Source: Treponemataceae bacterium
GTDB lineage: Bacteria > Spirochaetota > Spirochaetia > Treponematales > Rectinemataceae
Direction of reading: 5' to 3'
DNA length: 64,000 bases
NCBI GenBank assembly: GCA_963678065.2
Contig: CAXXVZ010000003.1
Span: 864,001 to 928,000, forward strand
In this document: piece after piece, positions 38,871-48,939 of the stretch
Layout of the letters: each line of letters starts with the position of its first letter
How positions within the stretch are numbered: the first letter of the stretch is position 1
The notes under the pieces: generated by a model
Databases searched by the model: none
Told to the model about the DNA's origin: nothing
What the model saw: the letters and a program-made list of their open reading frames with translations, nothing else
Made by a program: the position numbers and the translations under genes

Positions 38871-40005
38871 CGGTGCTCCGGTATTCCGAGAGAAAGGCAC
38901 GCTGAAAGGTGGAGAAGTATCCACCATCGATGCTCACGCGGATTTTCCTGACAAGATCGTTGAGGAAGTACAGGTTGTGGTAGGTTCCGAGCATGGCGTA
39001 CAGAATCTCGTCGTTCTTGAACATGTGTCTGAGGTAGGCCCGGGAGTGGTTGCGGCAGACCCTGCAGGTGCAGGAAGGGTCGATCGGGCCGAAATCCCGC
39101 TCGTTGGCCGCCTTTTTGATGGAAAGCGGCCCCTTTGCCGTGAAAAGCAGGCCGTTGCGGGCCGTCCTTGTCGGGAAAACGCAGTCGAAGAGGTCGATAC
39201 CGTTGCGGACCGCCTCCAGTATGTACTCCGGCGTCCCGATCCCCATCAGGTAGCGTGGCTTGTCCTCGGGAAGCATAGCGGAGGTATAGTCCAGAAAGTC
39301 TGCAAAGACATCGAATGGTTCCCCGACGGACAGGCCACCGATGGCGATGCCGGGGAGATCGAAGGAGAGGATTTCCTCAGCGCTCTGTTTTCGCAAATCC
39401 TTGAAAAAATTCCCCTGGATGATGCCGAAGAGTTTCCCCCGATAATCCTCTTCATCATTGGCCCGCAGCCAGCGCTCCTTCGCGCGCCGCGCCCATTCCG
39501 TGGTGAGTCTCAGCGCCTTCGCGGCGCCCTTTTCTTCCTCGCCCCAGGGCGTGCAGACATCGAGCTGCATCTGGACATCGCTGTTGAAAGCAGTCTGGAT
39601 CTCCACGGCGATTTCCGGCGAGAGGAACCTGAGAGAGCCGTCGATGTGGGAGCGGAATTTGACTCCCTCATCTGTGATTTTGCGGAAAGGGGCCAGCGAG
39701 AAGACCTGGAATCCGCCGGAGTCGGTCAGGAAATTGCCCTTCCAGTTGGTGAAGCCGTGGAGGCCGCCGGCGGCCCTGATGACATCGGGGCCAGGGCGGA
39801 GAAAGAGGTGGTAGGTGTTGGCGAGAATGATCCGGAAACCGATTTCGTCGAGGGAATCGGGACCGATGGCTTTGACCGTGGCATTCGTGCCGACGGGCAT
39901 GAATGCGGGGGTAGCAACGCGGCCGTGAGGAAAGAGGACGGAGCCCGTCCTGGCCCTCGTCGAGGGGTCACGCATTCCTGGCAGAAATATTGATCCTCTG
40001 TCCAT
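38836..40005 (-). CDS. tgt: tRNA-guanine transglycosylase
   Basis: TPAFMPVGT, TDSGGFQVFSL, PRYLMGIG, DCVFPTR, CTCRVC. Confidence 0.97.
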   Translation of the reverse strand: MDRGSIFLPGMRDPSTRARTGSVLFPHGRVATPAFMPVGTNATVKAIGPDSLDEIGFRIILANTYHLFLRPGPDVIRAAGGLHGFTNWKGNFLTDSGGFQVFSLAPFRKITDEGVKFRSHIDGSLRFLSPEIAVEIQTAFNSDVQMQLDVCTPWGEEEKGAAKALRLTTEWARRAKERWLRANDEEDYRGKLFGIIQGNFFKDLRKQSAEEILSFDLPGIAIGGLSVGEPFDVFADFLDYTSAMLPEDKPRYLMGIGTPEYILEAVRNGIDLFDCVFPTRTARNGLLFTAKGPLSIKKAANERDFGPIDPSCTCRVCRNHSRAYLRHMFKNDEILYAMLGTYHNLYFLNDLVRKIRVSIDGGYFSTFQRAFLSEYRSTDDARNAAHSAG

Positions 40006-40032
40006 GTTCTATCCTTTACATGCAAAATCCCA

Positions 40033-41142
40033 TCAGGTCCGGGCTGTCGCGAAGAGTCCGAGGGAGATGAGAGCGAAGAGAGCGAGGGGGAACCAGGCAC
40101 CAAGCGCAGGGTCCAAGGCCCCTGTCTTGGCGAGCAGCATTCCTATCATCTGCGCCACATAATACACGGTGGCGCAGATGAGGCTCACAAGAAGACTGGC
40201 GAGGAGGATGTTCTTCCTGAACCTGCCTCCCGTGGCTATGGACAGCAGGGTCACGATGATGGGGGCGAAGGCGAAGGAGTGCCGGCGATCGAGCTCGGAG
40301 CGGGCCTGGGCCGAGGGCAATCCCGCTCTCTCGAGAAGCGCCGCGTAGGCAGCGAGCTCGGAGCGCTTCATCTCCCTGATGTCGCGGTTCTGGCTGCGGA
40401 AGGTTTCCGGCGGCTCGTCGAGTTCGGGCAGCCTGATTTCGACTTCGGGGCTCTCCGTCCATGAATCCCGGTTTTCCGCCCTGAAATGGCGGACAGAGCG
40501 GAGTACCCACTCGCTTTCACGCCATTGTGCGCTGCGAGCTTCGTAGACGGAGACGGGCTCTCCCTGTGCGTTCCGCTCGACGATGATGAGGTCGGAGAGA
40601 GTTCCATTGAGGTCATCGTAGTATCCTGCGTGGTAGACGTACTTTCCGCCCCGCGAGATGATGGCGATGTCGGAATTGGAGAAGGAGGCTCGCTGGTGGA
40701 GCAGTTCCCGCTGAAGTGCGTTCCTGTCCCGCGTCGCGACGACAGCCACGGCGTCGTCGAAGACAAAACTGCATCCCGCGACCAGCGCCGAGACCAGCAA
40801 CAGAGGAAGAGTCAACTCCGCGAGGCTCACTCCGGAACCGAAGATGACGGGAAGCTCGCCGGATGCGCACAGATCGGAGAGACTGTAGGAGGCGGCGAAC
40901 AGCAGGGCCACCGGAACAGCGTTCACGAGCGAATAGGGAAAGCCAAGGAGGATGTACTCCATGATCTTGAAAAGCGATGCATCGAGGGCCAGAAAGCGCC
41001 AGAGGTTGGTGAAGAGGTCTACGAGGGTGATCACGACGGAAAACAGGATCATGGACGCGACCAGTCGCGGCAGGAAGGCCTTGAGCAGATAGCCCCGCAG
41101 GATGGGAATCCGCTTCGGGGCGCGCAGGGAAAGGGCCGCCAT
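40033..41142 (-). CDS. LptF/LptG family permease
   Basis: 3 TM + periplasmic domain + 3 TM; SGELPVIFGSGVS; LGAWFP. Confidence 0.85.
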   Translation of the reverse strand: MAALSLRAPKRIPILRGYLLKAFLPRLVASMILFSVVITLVDLFTNLWRFLALDASLFKIMEYILLGFPYSLVNAVPVALLFAASYSLSDLCASGELPVIFGSGVSLAELTLPLLLVSALVAGCSFVFDDAVAVVATRDRNALQRELLHQRASFSNSDIAIISRGGKYVYHAGYYDDLNGTLSDLIIVERNAQGEPVSVYEARSAQWRESEWVLRSVRHFRAENRDSWTESPEVEIRLPELDEPPETFRSQNRDIREMKRSELAAYAALLERAGLPSAQARSELDRRHSFAFAPIIVTLLSIATGGRFRKNILLASLLVSLICATVYYVAQMIGMLLAKTGALDPALGAWFPLALFALISLGLFATART

Positions 41143-42470
41143 CAGCTTCTCCCTCCAAGGCGCCGGAGCCAGAACAGAGAGCCTGCAATGACGGCTACAG
41201 CGTTGGGCGCCCACATGGCAAGGGTAGGGTCGATATTGAAACGCGTTCCGAGAGTCTGCCCGGCGAGGAGGAGTGCCCAGTAGAACACGGAGACGAGGAT
41301 GCCGAGGCCGAAGCCGACAGAGCGGCCGGCGCGCTTCGTGCCGAGACCGAGAGGAAAGGCGAGAAACACGAAGAATAGAGCCCCGGCGGGTATGGAGAAT
41401 TTTTTCGCGTACTCCAGCAAGTAGACCTGGAGGCTGCGATCGGAGATGACGGGCTCGGAGAGGGCCTGGACGACACTCCGAGTCTGGGCTGCCCTGCCGA
41501 GTACCGTCTTCCAGTCCGCGCCTGTAGCGACGCCGGACTCGTATATTTCGCCGAGTTTTTCGCGGCTCGCCATCAGCTCGAGACTCCGGGATGAGAGTCT
41601 CTCTTCGATCGCCCGCCGCTTTTCTCCGATCGCACGGGCGAGGTCGCGCGAAGCCATCTCGCGGGGCCCGATCTGTACCAGGGCCTCTCCCCGCTCGCGC
41701 AGTTTGACCCTGTAGATCAGTGAGGCCGCCTGAGCCCATTCGAAACTGTTTTTCTTATCCTGTCTCAGAGTCTGCTGCCAGACGCCATCGAGGGAAAGAG
41801 TCGCCTCGAAGGAGCCCAAGCCCATGTCGAGCCTCGCCCTGGAGGCGCTGATGATGCGCCTCTCACCGTTTCCCGGGGAATCAAAGACAAGTATGTCGCC
41901 GATATCGCCTTCCCTGGCCGCGCCCGTGACGACGACGGCCTCACCGAAGCGCTTGACGGAAAAGGGGCCAAGCTCCACGGCCGGCGTCGCCGCGATGACC
42001 TTGCGATAGAGTTTTCCGAATTCCAAAGTGCCGAGTGGAAGGAAGACATCGTTCATCACGAAGGAGAAGGCGCTGATGGCGATGGCGAGGAGGAGGAATG
42101 GCATGAACACGGTCTTGATGCGGATGCCCGCCGCCATACAGGCGAGTATCTCTCCATCGGAAGACAGCCGGCCCGCCGCCATGAGGGCCCCGACAAGGGA
42201 GGCGAAGGGAAAGGATATGGCGAAGATAGACGGAGTCGCGTAGAGGAGGAGGAGGAGGACCTGGCCTGTCGGAGCCTTCTTGGACAATATGTCCTCGGCC
42301 ATGAGGAGAAGCTGGTTCACGAAAAAGATCGCAAAAAAGAAGAGAAAGGCGACTGTGAAGCAAAAGAGAAACTCGTAGGACACATAAGCCCACAGGGTCC
42401 GGGGAATTCCGGGACGGGAATGTCCCCTGGATCTCCGGCCATCCCCAAGGAGTGCCATCGTCTCCGGCAT
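41142..42470 (-). CDS. LptF/LptG family permease
   Basis: GRLSSDGEILACMAAGI, KKFSIP, AMWAPN. Confidence 0.88.
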   Translation of the reverse strand: MPETMALLGDGRRSRGHSRPGIPRTLWAYVSYEFLFCFTVAFLFFFAIFFVNQLLLMAEDILSKKAPTGQVLLLLLYATPSIFAISFPFASLVGALMAAGRLSSDGEILACMAAGIRIKTVFMPFLLLAIAISAFSFVMNDVFLPLGTLEFGKLYRKVIAATPAVELGPFSVKRFGEAVVVTGAAREGDIGDILVFDSPGNGERRIISASRARLDMGLGSFEATLSLDGVWQQTLRQDKKNSFEWAQAASLIYRVKLRERGEALVQIGPREMASRDLARAIGEKRRAIEERLSSRSLELMASREKLGEIYESGVATGADWKTVLGRAAQTRSVVQALSEPVISDRSLQVYLLEYAKKFSIPAGALFFVFLAFPLGLGTKRAGRSVGFGLGILVSVFYWALLLAGQTLGTRFNIDPTLAMWAPNAVAVIAGSLFWLRRLGGRS

Positions 42471-42910
42471 CAGATCCCCGTGGAACCGAAGCCCCCGGAA
42501 CCCCTTCCAGTCTCTTCGAGGGAATCGCGGAGGGAAAATGCTGCGCGGCAGCAGGGCGCGACGACCATCTGCGCAATCCTGTCACCGTGATTGATCGTGA
42601 AGGATTCACTTCCGAGATTGGCGAGGATGACTTTGATCTCTCCCCGGTAATCGGAGTCGACGGTTCCAGGGGAGTTGAGGCAGGTGATGCCTTTCCCCAG
42701 GGCGAGTCCCGAACGGGGTCGGATCTGGGCCTCGTATCCTGGAGGCAGTGCCATCCTGAGCCCGGTGGGAATCGCTGCCCGGGCTCCCGGAGCGAGGGTC
42801 ACGGGCATATCGAGGCAGGCGCGCAGATCGGCGCCCGCCGCACCCGCGGTGCGGTATTCCGGCAATGTGGCACCATGTATGGCCGTCATGAAAATTTCAG
42901 GTTCAATCAC
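42470..42910 (-). CDS. dut: dUTPase
   Basis: [36 protein letters not shown]. Confidence 0.97.
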   Translation of the reverse strand: MIEPEIFMTAIHGATLPEYRTAGAAGADLRACLDMPVTLAPGARAAIPTGLRMALPPGYEAQIRPRSGLALGKGITCLNSPGTVDSDYRGEIKVILANLGSESFTINHGDRIAQMVVAPCCRAAFSLRDSLEETGRGSGGFGSTGI

Positions 42911-44192
42911 GGCTACCTCCGTCGGACGTCATCGCGCGCAGGGCGCCCGAGCTGTGTTTTCCGTACGCGAACCTGGCCCGGGGAACGGAGGCAAACAGGC
43001 GCAAGGCCAGCTCCCGGATTTCATCCGCGCGGATCATGGCGTACAGGGCTCCCGTATCGTCGGCGGAAAGCGTTTCGCCATTGGTCATGTACTGACGGGC
43101 GAGACGACGCATGCGAAAATCTGGGTCGTCCAGAGCCAGCTCGTAAGAACCGCAGAGACGCGACACCGCCTCCTCGCACTCCGGCGTGGATATATCGCCG
43201 GTCGCGACCGAATCCATTACCGATTCGAACTCCCGGACCATCGCCGAGAATTTTCCGGGCTGAACCACCGCCTGCGCCATCCACAAGCATTCCATCCGGG
43301 TGATCGCAAACCCCGAGTACACGGAGTAGCACAGTCCCTTCCGCTCCCTGAGAGATTGGAAAAGCCTCGAACCTGCCGCCTCTCCTATGATGGAGTTGAG
43401 GGCGGAAAGCGTGTAATACTCTTTCCTCCCGAATGGCGGATCGAGCTGTGCGGCTTGATAATAGTATATCTGAGATGATTTTGCCACATGAAAAGAGTTG
43501 ACGGACCTGAAAGTCGGCACCTGCGTCGCGGGGAGCGTACCGGCTGCCGGCACACCGACGCGGGAGAAAGCTTCTTCGATGGCCTGTGAAAATCGTTGCA
43601 CAACAAGGGAATCAGCCAGCGGAGAAGAGACGGAGATGACGAGGTTCCCCGGCGTGAAATGCTTTCTGTAGAAGGCGTACACCTCGTCCCGGGACATGGC
43701 GAGCACTTCCTGCGCCGTTCCCGCTATCGGCAAGGAGGCCGGATCGCCGCTCCATACACGGGACATGAACTCGTCGTGGGAGCTCTCGTCGGGGTCGTCC
43801 TCGATCTGCAGGATTTCGCTGGCGACGACATCCTGTTCCCTGACGAATTCGTCCTCCGGAAAGGTCGAGGCGAAGACCATGTCGACGAGGACGTCGACGG
43901 CGACCGTCCACGCGGAAGCGGGTACGATGCAGTGGAAACAGACACAATCCCTCTCGGTATATGCGTTGGCATAGCCGCCGACGCGGTCGAACTCGCGGGC
44001 GATATCGCTCGCGCCGCGCCTGGCCGTGCCCTTGAAGAGCATGTGTTCGACAAAGTGGACGAAGCCCCGCTCGCGCGGGGCTTCGTGCCGGGAGCCGATG
44101 GGAAACCACAGGCCCGCGACGAAGGATCGTGTCCCCTCCGCCGGCTCGGTCAGGAGGACCGCGCCGCCGGAAAGAAGAACGGGATCGGGCAT
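42903..44192 (-). CDS. M16 family zinc peptidase
   Basis: [35 protein letters not shown]. Confidence 0.92.
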   Translation of the reverse strand: MPDPVLLSGGAVLLTEPAEGTRSFVAGLWFPIGSRHEAPRERGFVHFVEHMLFKGTARRGASDIAREFDRVGGYANAYTERDCVCFHCIVPASAWTVAVDVLVDMVFASTFPEDEFVREQDVVASEILQIEDDPDESSHDEFMSRVWSGDPASLPIAGTAQEVLAMSRDEVYAFYRKHFTPGNLVISVSSPLADSLVVQRFSQAIEEAFSRVGVPAAGTLPATQVPTFRSVNSFHVAKSSQIYYYQAAQLDPPFGRKEYYTLSALNSIIGEAAGSRLFQSLRERKGLCYSVYSGFAITRMECLWMAQAVVQPGKFSAMVREFESVMDSVATGDISTPECEEAVSRLCGSYELALDDPDFRMRRLARQYMTNGETLSADDTGALYAMIRADEIRELALRLFASVPRARFAYGKHSSGALRAMTSDGGSRD

Positions 44193-44195
44193 CGA

Positions 44196-46439
44196 TCAGC
44201 GTCTCGGGAAAGAGTCCCTTCGGTCTCCTCCCCTGTCGGGGCCCCTCGAGTCGGGGCGGCGGTCGTGGCCGCGATCATAGCCGCCACGGCCCTCCGAAGA
44301 GCGCCCGCCCTCGTAAGGCCTGTGCTCTTCGCGCCTCTCGGGCATCGGGCTGTTGCCATTCTCGTCGAGGGAGTCGACGTGGGCGAGATTGAGACGGCCG
44401 AGCCTGTCGATTTCGAGAAGCTTGACCCGGACCTTCTGGCCTTCCTGGACGACGTCGGAGACTTTCTCTATCCTGCCCTTTCCGAGGCGGGAAATGTGGC
44501 AGAGCCCTTCCTTGCCGGGAAGTATCTCGATGAAGGCTCCGAAATCCATGAGGCGCTTGACGACACCGTCGTAGATGCGGCCGACCTCGGGGTCCTCCAC
44601 GATGCCCTTGATCGCGTCGCGGGCCTCGTAGGCGGCTTTCTGGTTCTTTCCATAGACCGTCACAGAGCCATCGTCGTCGACATTGATCTGGACATCGTAC
44701 TTCTCGCAGAGCGCCTTGATGTTCTTTCCGCCGGGCCCGATGATGGCGCCGATCTTGTCGGCGGGGACGCTCGTGGAGACGACCTTGGGGGCGTATTCGG
44801 AGATGTCCGCGGAGGGGACCGCTATCGTCTGCTCCATGATCCCGAGGATGTGGAGCCTGCCACGCCTGGCCTGTTCGAGGGCTACACGCATGATCTCGGT
44901 CGACACGCCGTCGATCTTGATGTCCATCTGGAAGCCGGTGATACCGCTCGTCGTTCCCGCGACCTTGAAGTCCATGTCGCCGAGGTGATCCTCGTCGCCG
45001 AGGATATCGGAGAGCACGGCGTAGCGGCCGCCGTCGGTGATGAGTCCCATCGCGATGCCGGCCACGGGCTTCCTGAGGGGAACGCCCGCGTGGAGGAGGG
45101 AGAGTGTTCCGGCGCAGACCGTCGCCATCGAGGAAGAGCCGTTGGACTCGAGGACCTCGGAGACGATCCGGATGGTGTAGGGGAATTTTTCCTTGGAGGG
45201 GATGACGGCCTCGATGGCCCTGCGGGCGAGGTGGCCGTGACCGATTTCGCGCCTTCCGGTGCCGAGCCGGCCGACTTCGCCGACCGAGAAGGGGGGGAAG
45301 TTGTAGTGGAGCATGAAGCGCTCGCGGCGGTCGCCTTCGATATCGTCGAATATCTGCTCGTCGAAGACGGTGCCGAGAGTAGTCACACCGAGAGCCTGGG
45401 TCTCGCCACGGGTGAAGAGCGCGGAACCGTGGGTCCTGGGGAGGATTCCGATCTCGCAGGTGATGGGCCTGATGTCCTCGAGGCCCCGGCCGTCGACGCG
45501 GGTTCCCTTGTCCAGGATGCCGCTACGGAGGATTTCGTACTGAAGATCTTCCATGAGAGCCGCGAAGAGCTTCTTCTGGATCTCGTCCGTGAGGACCTCG
45601 GCGAACTTCTCCTCCGTGGCCTTGATGGCCACATGGATGGCCGCGTAGCGTTCCTGCTTTATCTTCGTAAAGAGGGCCGTGGAAAGAAGGCCCCGGGCAA
45701 AGGCAGCTATCTCGTCTTTGCGCGTGAGCTCGACCTTGAGGGGAGCGAGAGGAAGCTTGGGCTTGCCTGCGAGCGCCACGAGTTTGACGATAGTCGCGCA
45801 GATATCGCCGATGGGCGCGCGGGCGCGCTCGATGGCCTCGATCATCTCCTCTTCCGAACACTCGCTGGAGCCACCCTCGACCATGGTGATGCCGACAGCG
45901 GTTCCCGCGACGACGATCTCGAGACGCGATTTCTCGATCTGCTCGTAGGTGGGGTTGATGATGTATTCATCCCCGACGAGGCAGACACGGACGGCCGCGA
46001 TGGGGCCGCCGAAGGGTATGTCCGAAATGCAGACTGCGGCGCTGGCCGCGTTTACGCCGACGATGTCGGGCGGGTTGACGAGGTCGGTGGAGATGCAGGT
46101 GGGGACCACCTGGATCTCCCGTCCGAAAGCCTTGTCGAAGAGGGGCCGCATCGGGCGATCGATGATGCGGGAAACGAGGATTTCACGGTCCTTCGGGCGC
46201 GTCTCGCGCTTGATGAAGCCGCCGGGGATCTTTCCCGCCGCGTAATATTTTTCGTTGTACTCGACGGTGAGGGGAACGAAATCCAGTCCCTCCGTCACCT
46301 TGTCGGAAGCGCAGGCCGTCGCGATGATGGCGCTGTTGCCGTAGGTCGCGAACACGGCGCCGTTGGCCTGCTTGGCCATGCGCCCCGTTTCGAAAACGAG
46401 GTCCTCGTTTCCGATGCGGCATGAAATCTTATGCACCAT
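44196..46439 (-). CDS. pnp: Polyribonucleotide nucleotidyltransferase
   Basis: RNase PH domains (IPGGFIKRE, RREIGHG, DHLGDMDFK), KH, S1. Confidence 0.97.
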   Translation of the reverse strand: MVHKISCRIGNEDLVFETGRMAKQANGAVFATYGNSAIIATACASDKVTEGLDFVPLTVEYNEKYYAAGKIPGGFIKRETRPKDREILVSRIIDRPMRPLFDKAFGREIQVVPTCISTDLVNPPDIVGVNAASAAVCISDIPFGGPIAAVRVCLVGDEYIINPTYEQIEKSRLEIVVAGTAVGITMVEGGSSECSEEEMIEAIERARAPIGDICATIVKLVALAGKPKLPLAPLKVELTRKDEIAAFARGLLSTALFTKIKQERYAAIHVAIKATEEKFAEVLTDEIQKKLFAALMEDLQYEILRSGILDKGTRVDGRGLEDIRPITCEIGILPRTHGSALFTRGETQALGVTTLGTVFDEQIFDDIEGDRRERFMLHYNFPPFSVGEVGRLGTGRREIGHGHLARRAIEAVIPSKEKFPYTIRIVSEVLESNGSSSMATVCAGTLSLLHAGVPLRKPVAGIAMGLITDGGRYAVLSDILGDEDHLGDMDFKVAGTTSGITGFQMDIKIDGVSTEIMRVALEQARRGRLHILGIMEQTIAVPSADISEYAPKVVSTSVPADKIGAIIGPGGKNIKALCEKYDVQINVDDDGSVTVYGKNQKAAYEARDAIKGIVEDPEVGRIYDGVVKRLMDFGAFIEILPGKEGLCHISRLGKGRIEKVSDVVQEGQKVRVKLLEIDRLGRLNLAHVDSLDENGNSPMPERREEHRPYEGGRSSEGRGGYDRGHDRRPDSRGPDRGGDRRDSFPRR

Positions 46440-46541
46440 TTTTTCCTTCTTGTATGTTGCACAAATGCGATAAGGCCCGAACGCTTTCTGTCCGGGCCTC
46501 CCGACTGAACCGGAACGCCCCGGGTAAGGGCCGGTCCGATA

Positions 46542-46811
46542 TCACTTGCGGATCTGGAGTTTTTCCAGAATGGCGCGATACGCCGCGAGATCGGAGCGCT
46601 GGAGATATTTGAGGAGGCGGCGGCGCTGCCCGATCATCTTGAGCATTCCTCGTCTGGAATTGGTGTCTTTCTTGTTGATTTTGAAGTGCTCAGTAAGGTA
46701 GGTGATCCTTCCGGTCAGGAGCGCAATCTGGGTTTCCGTGGAACCGGTGTTCTTCTCGCCCTTGCCATAGTCAAGTATGATCTGCGCCTTGTCTTCTTTT
46801 GTCAAAGCCAT
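46542..46811 (-). CDS. rpsO: 30S ribosomal protein S15
   Basis: TGSTETQIALLT, RRRLLKYL. Confidence 0.97.
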   Translation of the reverse strand: MALTKEDKAQIILDYGKGEKNTGSTETQIALLTGRITYLTEHFKINKKDTNSRRGMLKMIGQRRRLLKYLQRSDLAAYRAILEKLQIRK

Positions 46812-46826
46812 TCTTTCTATCTCCTT

Positions 46827-47621
46827 CTACTCTCTTGATACCTTGTCGATGAAATACAGTGCCGATGGTCCCGCGTCCATGGCTGTTTCGATGACCCAGT
46901 GCCCCATCACGAGCTCGGCCGTGCCGGGATAGCGTCGATCCTGCCACTCCACATCGACGGCATACTTGCCTGGCGGGGGGACGATGGCGAGATCGGGTGC
47001 GTGCAACGAAAAGCGGCCTTCGGCAATCCTGGTGCAGGGGCTGCTGGTGCAGTCAATACCGTAGGGCCTTCCGAGCATCGAGCCCGCCTCCGTCAGCTTT
47101 CCTTCAAGAATGGCTTTCCGGATACGACTCGAGCTGATCGGTTTTCCGTTCCAGTTCACGGGACCGAGGATTTCCGACTCCACGCCGGATTCGACGCAGA
47201 GGATGGCGAGAGCCGCCGCGTCGGTGTCCAGCTTGTATCCGCAACGAAAGTCGGAACCCACAGCAATATACTGCAGACCGCCCGCATCGCGCAACGAAGA
47301 CAGAAATTCGCTCCCTGAGAGTTTACCGAAATCCGAGGAAAAGTCAATCAGTACACAGAGTTCCACGCCCGTTTCCCGGATCAGGCCGAGCTTCCCCTCG
47401 AGACTGTACAGGTCGCCGTGGAAGGTCTTGGGGTGGAGGAAGCGCTTCGGATTTTCGCGAAAAGTGAAGACCGCAGAATGCATCCCCGGCGACCTCCTGG
47501 TGACCTTGGAGATGAGGGCCCTGTGCCCGAGATGGAGACCGTCGAAGACCCCGACGGTCGCCGCGAGCGGCTGCCAGGTCGCGCCGGAGGTAAGGAATTC
47601 TTTCCAGTCGAGGATGGTCAC
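46827..47621 (-). CDS. ribF: FAD synthetase (RibF-like; kinase domain degenerate)
   Basis: GVFDGLHLGH, VGSDFRCG, ISSSRIR, LGRPY. Confidence 0.85.
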   Translation of the reverse strand: MTILDWKEFLTSGATWQPLAATVGVFDGLHLGHRALISKVTRRSPGMHSAVFTFRENPKRFLHPKTFHGDLYSLEGKLGLIRETGVELCVLIDFSSDFGKLSGSEFLSSLRDAGGLQYIAVGSDFRCGYKLDTDAAALAILCVESGVESEILGPVNWNGKPISSSRIRKAILEGKLTEAGSMLGRPYGIDCTSSPCTRIAEGRFSLHAPDLAIVPPPGKYAVDVEWQDRRYPGTAELVMGHWVIETAMDAGPSALYFIDKVSRE

Positions 47622-48544
47622 GGGTTCCTCCCCGCGACGAAACGGTAGATGGCCCGCTGTCCTGAGAGTTCAGCCATGCCGAGAAATTCTCCCTCGCGCG
47701 TGAAGACCGCCGAACACGCGGCTTCGATCACGGCTTTTGCTAATCCGATTCCCGCAGTCTTCTGCGCCTCAGTCGGGAATGCGAAGGACGAACTCGGCAG
47801 CGCCGCCCCGTTCATGAAGGCGTTGACCAGTTCCGCGTCGAGCAGACGAACCGGTATTCCGAGCGAGGCGGCCATGCCCGGAGTGAAGCAAAGAAGATCG
47901 CGGGAAGGATCAAAGCGTTCGGGCGTCACGGCCATGTCGAGGGAGAAGGGCCCGATCGACAGTCTCGTAAGCTTTTCGAGGTGTGCGCAGCTTCCGGCCG
48001 CGCGGGCGATATCCCGCGCCAAAGAGCGTATGTAGGTCCCCGAGCCGCATTCGATGAGGAAGACAGCCCTGCCCTCTGCATAGTCTTCCAGTTCGAGCCG
48101 CCGGATATCGACGGGGCGCGGTTTCATCTCGGGTGTCTCGCCGGCGAGCACCCTCTCGTAGGCCCTTTTGCCGTCAAGATGGACTGCTGAGTATGCGGGC
48201 GGCGACTGGAGTATCCGTCCCTTGAAAGAAGGGAGAACGGCTTCGATCGCTTCCCTGGTCGGTATTGACGAAGAGAATATGACATCGCCCTCGGGGTCGA
48301 GAGTGTCGGTCTCGGTGCCGAAGAGCACCGTCGCCCTGTACACCTTGTCGCAGCCCGCGAAAAAGGGAACCAGCCGCGTGTAGCTGCCGGAAAAAAGCAC
48401 CAGAAGCCCTGTGGCGAAACGGTCGAGCGTACCCGCATGACCGACCTTGCGGGTTTTCAGCGCCCTTTTGACCGGGCCGAGTGTCTGGAAAGAAGTGAGG
48501 TTCGCGGGCTTGTCCAGAAAGACAATGCCCGTGGATTCATTCAC
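47618..48544 (-). CDS. truB: tRNA pseudouridine(55) synthase
   Basis: KVGHAGTLD, PPAYSA, GTYIRSLA. Confidence 0.96.
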   Translation of the reverse strand: MNESTGIVFLDKPANLTSFQTLGPVKRALKTRKVGHAGTLDRFATGLLVLFSGSYTRLVPFFAGCDKVYRATVLFGTETDTLDPEGDVIFSSSIPTREAIEAVLPSFKGRILQSPPAYSAVHLDGKRAYERVLAGETPEMKPRPVDIRRLELEDYAEGRAVFLIECGSGTYIRSLARDIARAAGSCAHLEKLTRLSIGPFSLDMAVTPERFDPSRDLLCFTPGMAASLGIPVRLLDAELVNAFMNGAALPSSSFAFPTEAQKTAGIGLAKAVIEAACSAVFTREGEFLGMAELSGQRAIYRFVAGRNP

Positions 48545-48939
48545 GAAAAGAGACTCCTCATCCGCTCGTTGATCTCGAAGCCTTCCCGTATGCCGCGGTC
48601 GGCCACGAACTGGAGTTTCGGCGTAAGCCTGACCCGTATCCGCTTTGCAACCTGAGCCTGGATGAAGCCAGCGGCACTCTGAAGCCCTGCGACAGCGGCC
48701 GCGAGCAGCTTGTCTGCCTCCGCAGCCCCCTCCGCCTCCCCTTCCTCGCTCCGGTCCACGAGCGACTGGGCAAAAGTGCTCACGTATACCTTGGCGTGTG
48801 AGGCATCCCGGGCCGCTTCGACCCGGGTGACCGACACGAGGGGCCCCACGCGGGGATCCTTGACCTCTCCGTTCACTATGAGGGCGGCAATCTCCTCGCG
48901 GAGCTGCTCCTCAAGCATCTTATGCCTTTTTTCGTCCAT
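48541..48939 (-). CDS. rbfA: Ribosome-binding factor A
   Basis: VKDPRV, AKVYVS, TPKLQF. Confidence 0.93.
   Translation of the reverse strand: MDEKRHKMLEEQLREEIAALIVNGEVKDPRVGPLVSVTRVEAARDASHAKVYVSTFAQSLVDRSEEGEAEGAAEADKLLAAAVAGLQSAAGFIQAQVAKRIRVRLTPKLQFVADRGIREGFEINERMRSLFS

Noticed and set aside
43596..46424. 942-aa antisense ORF over pnp and the M16 peptidase
   Set aside because: Same antisense shadow effect.
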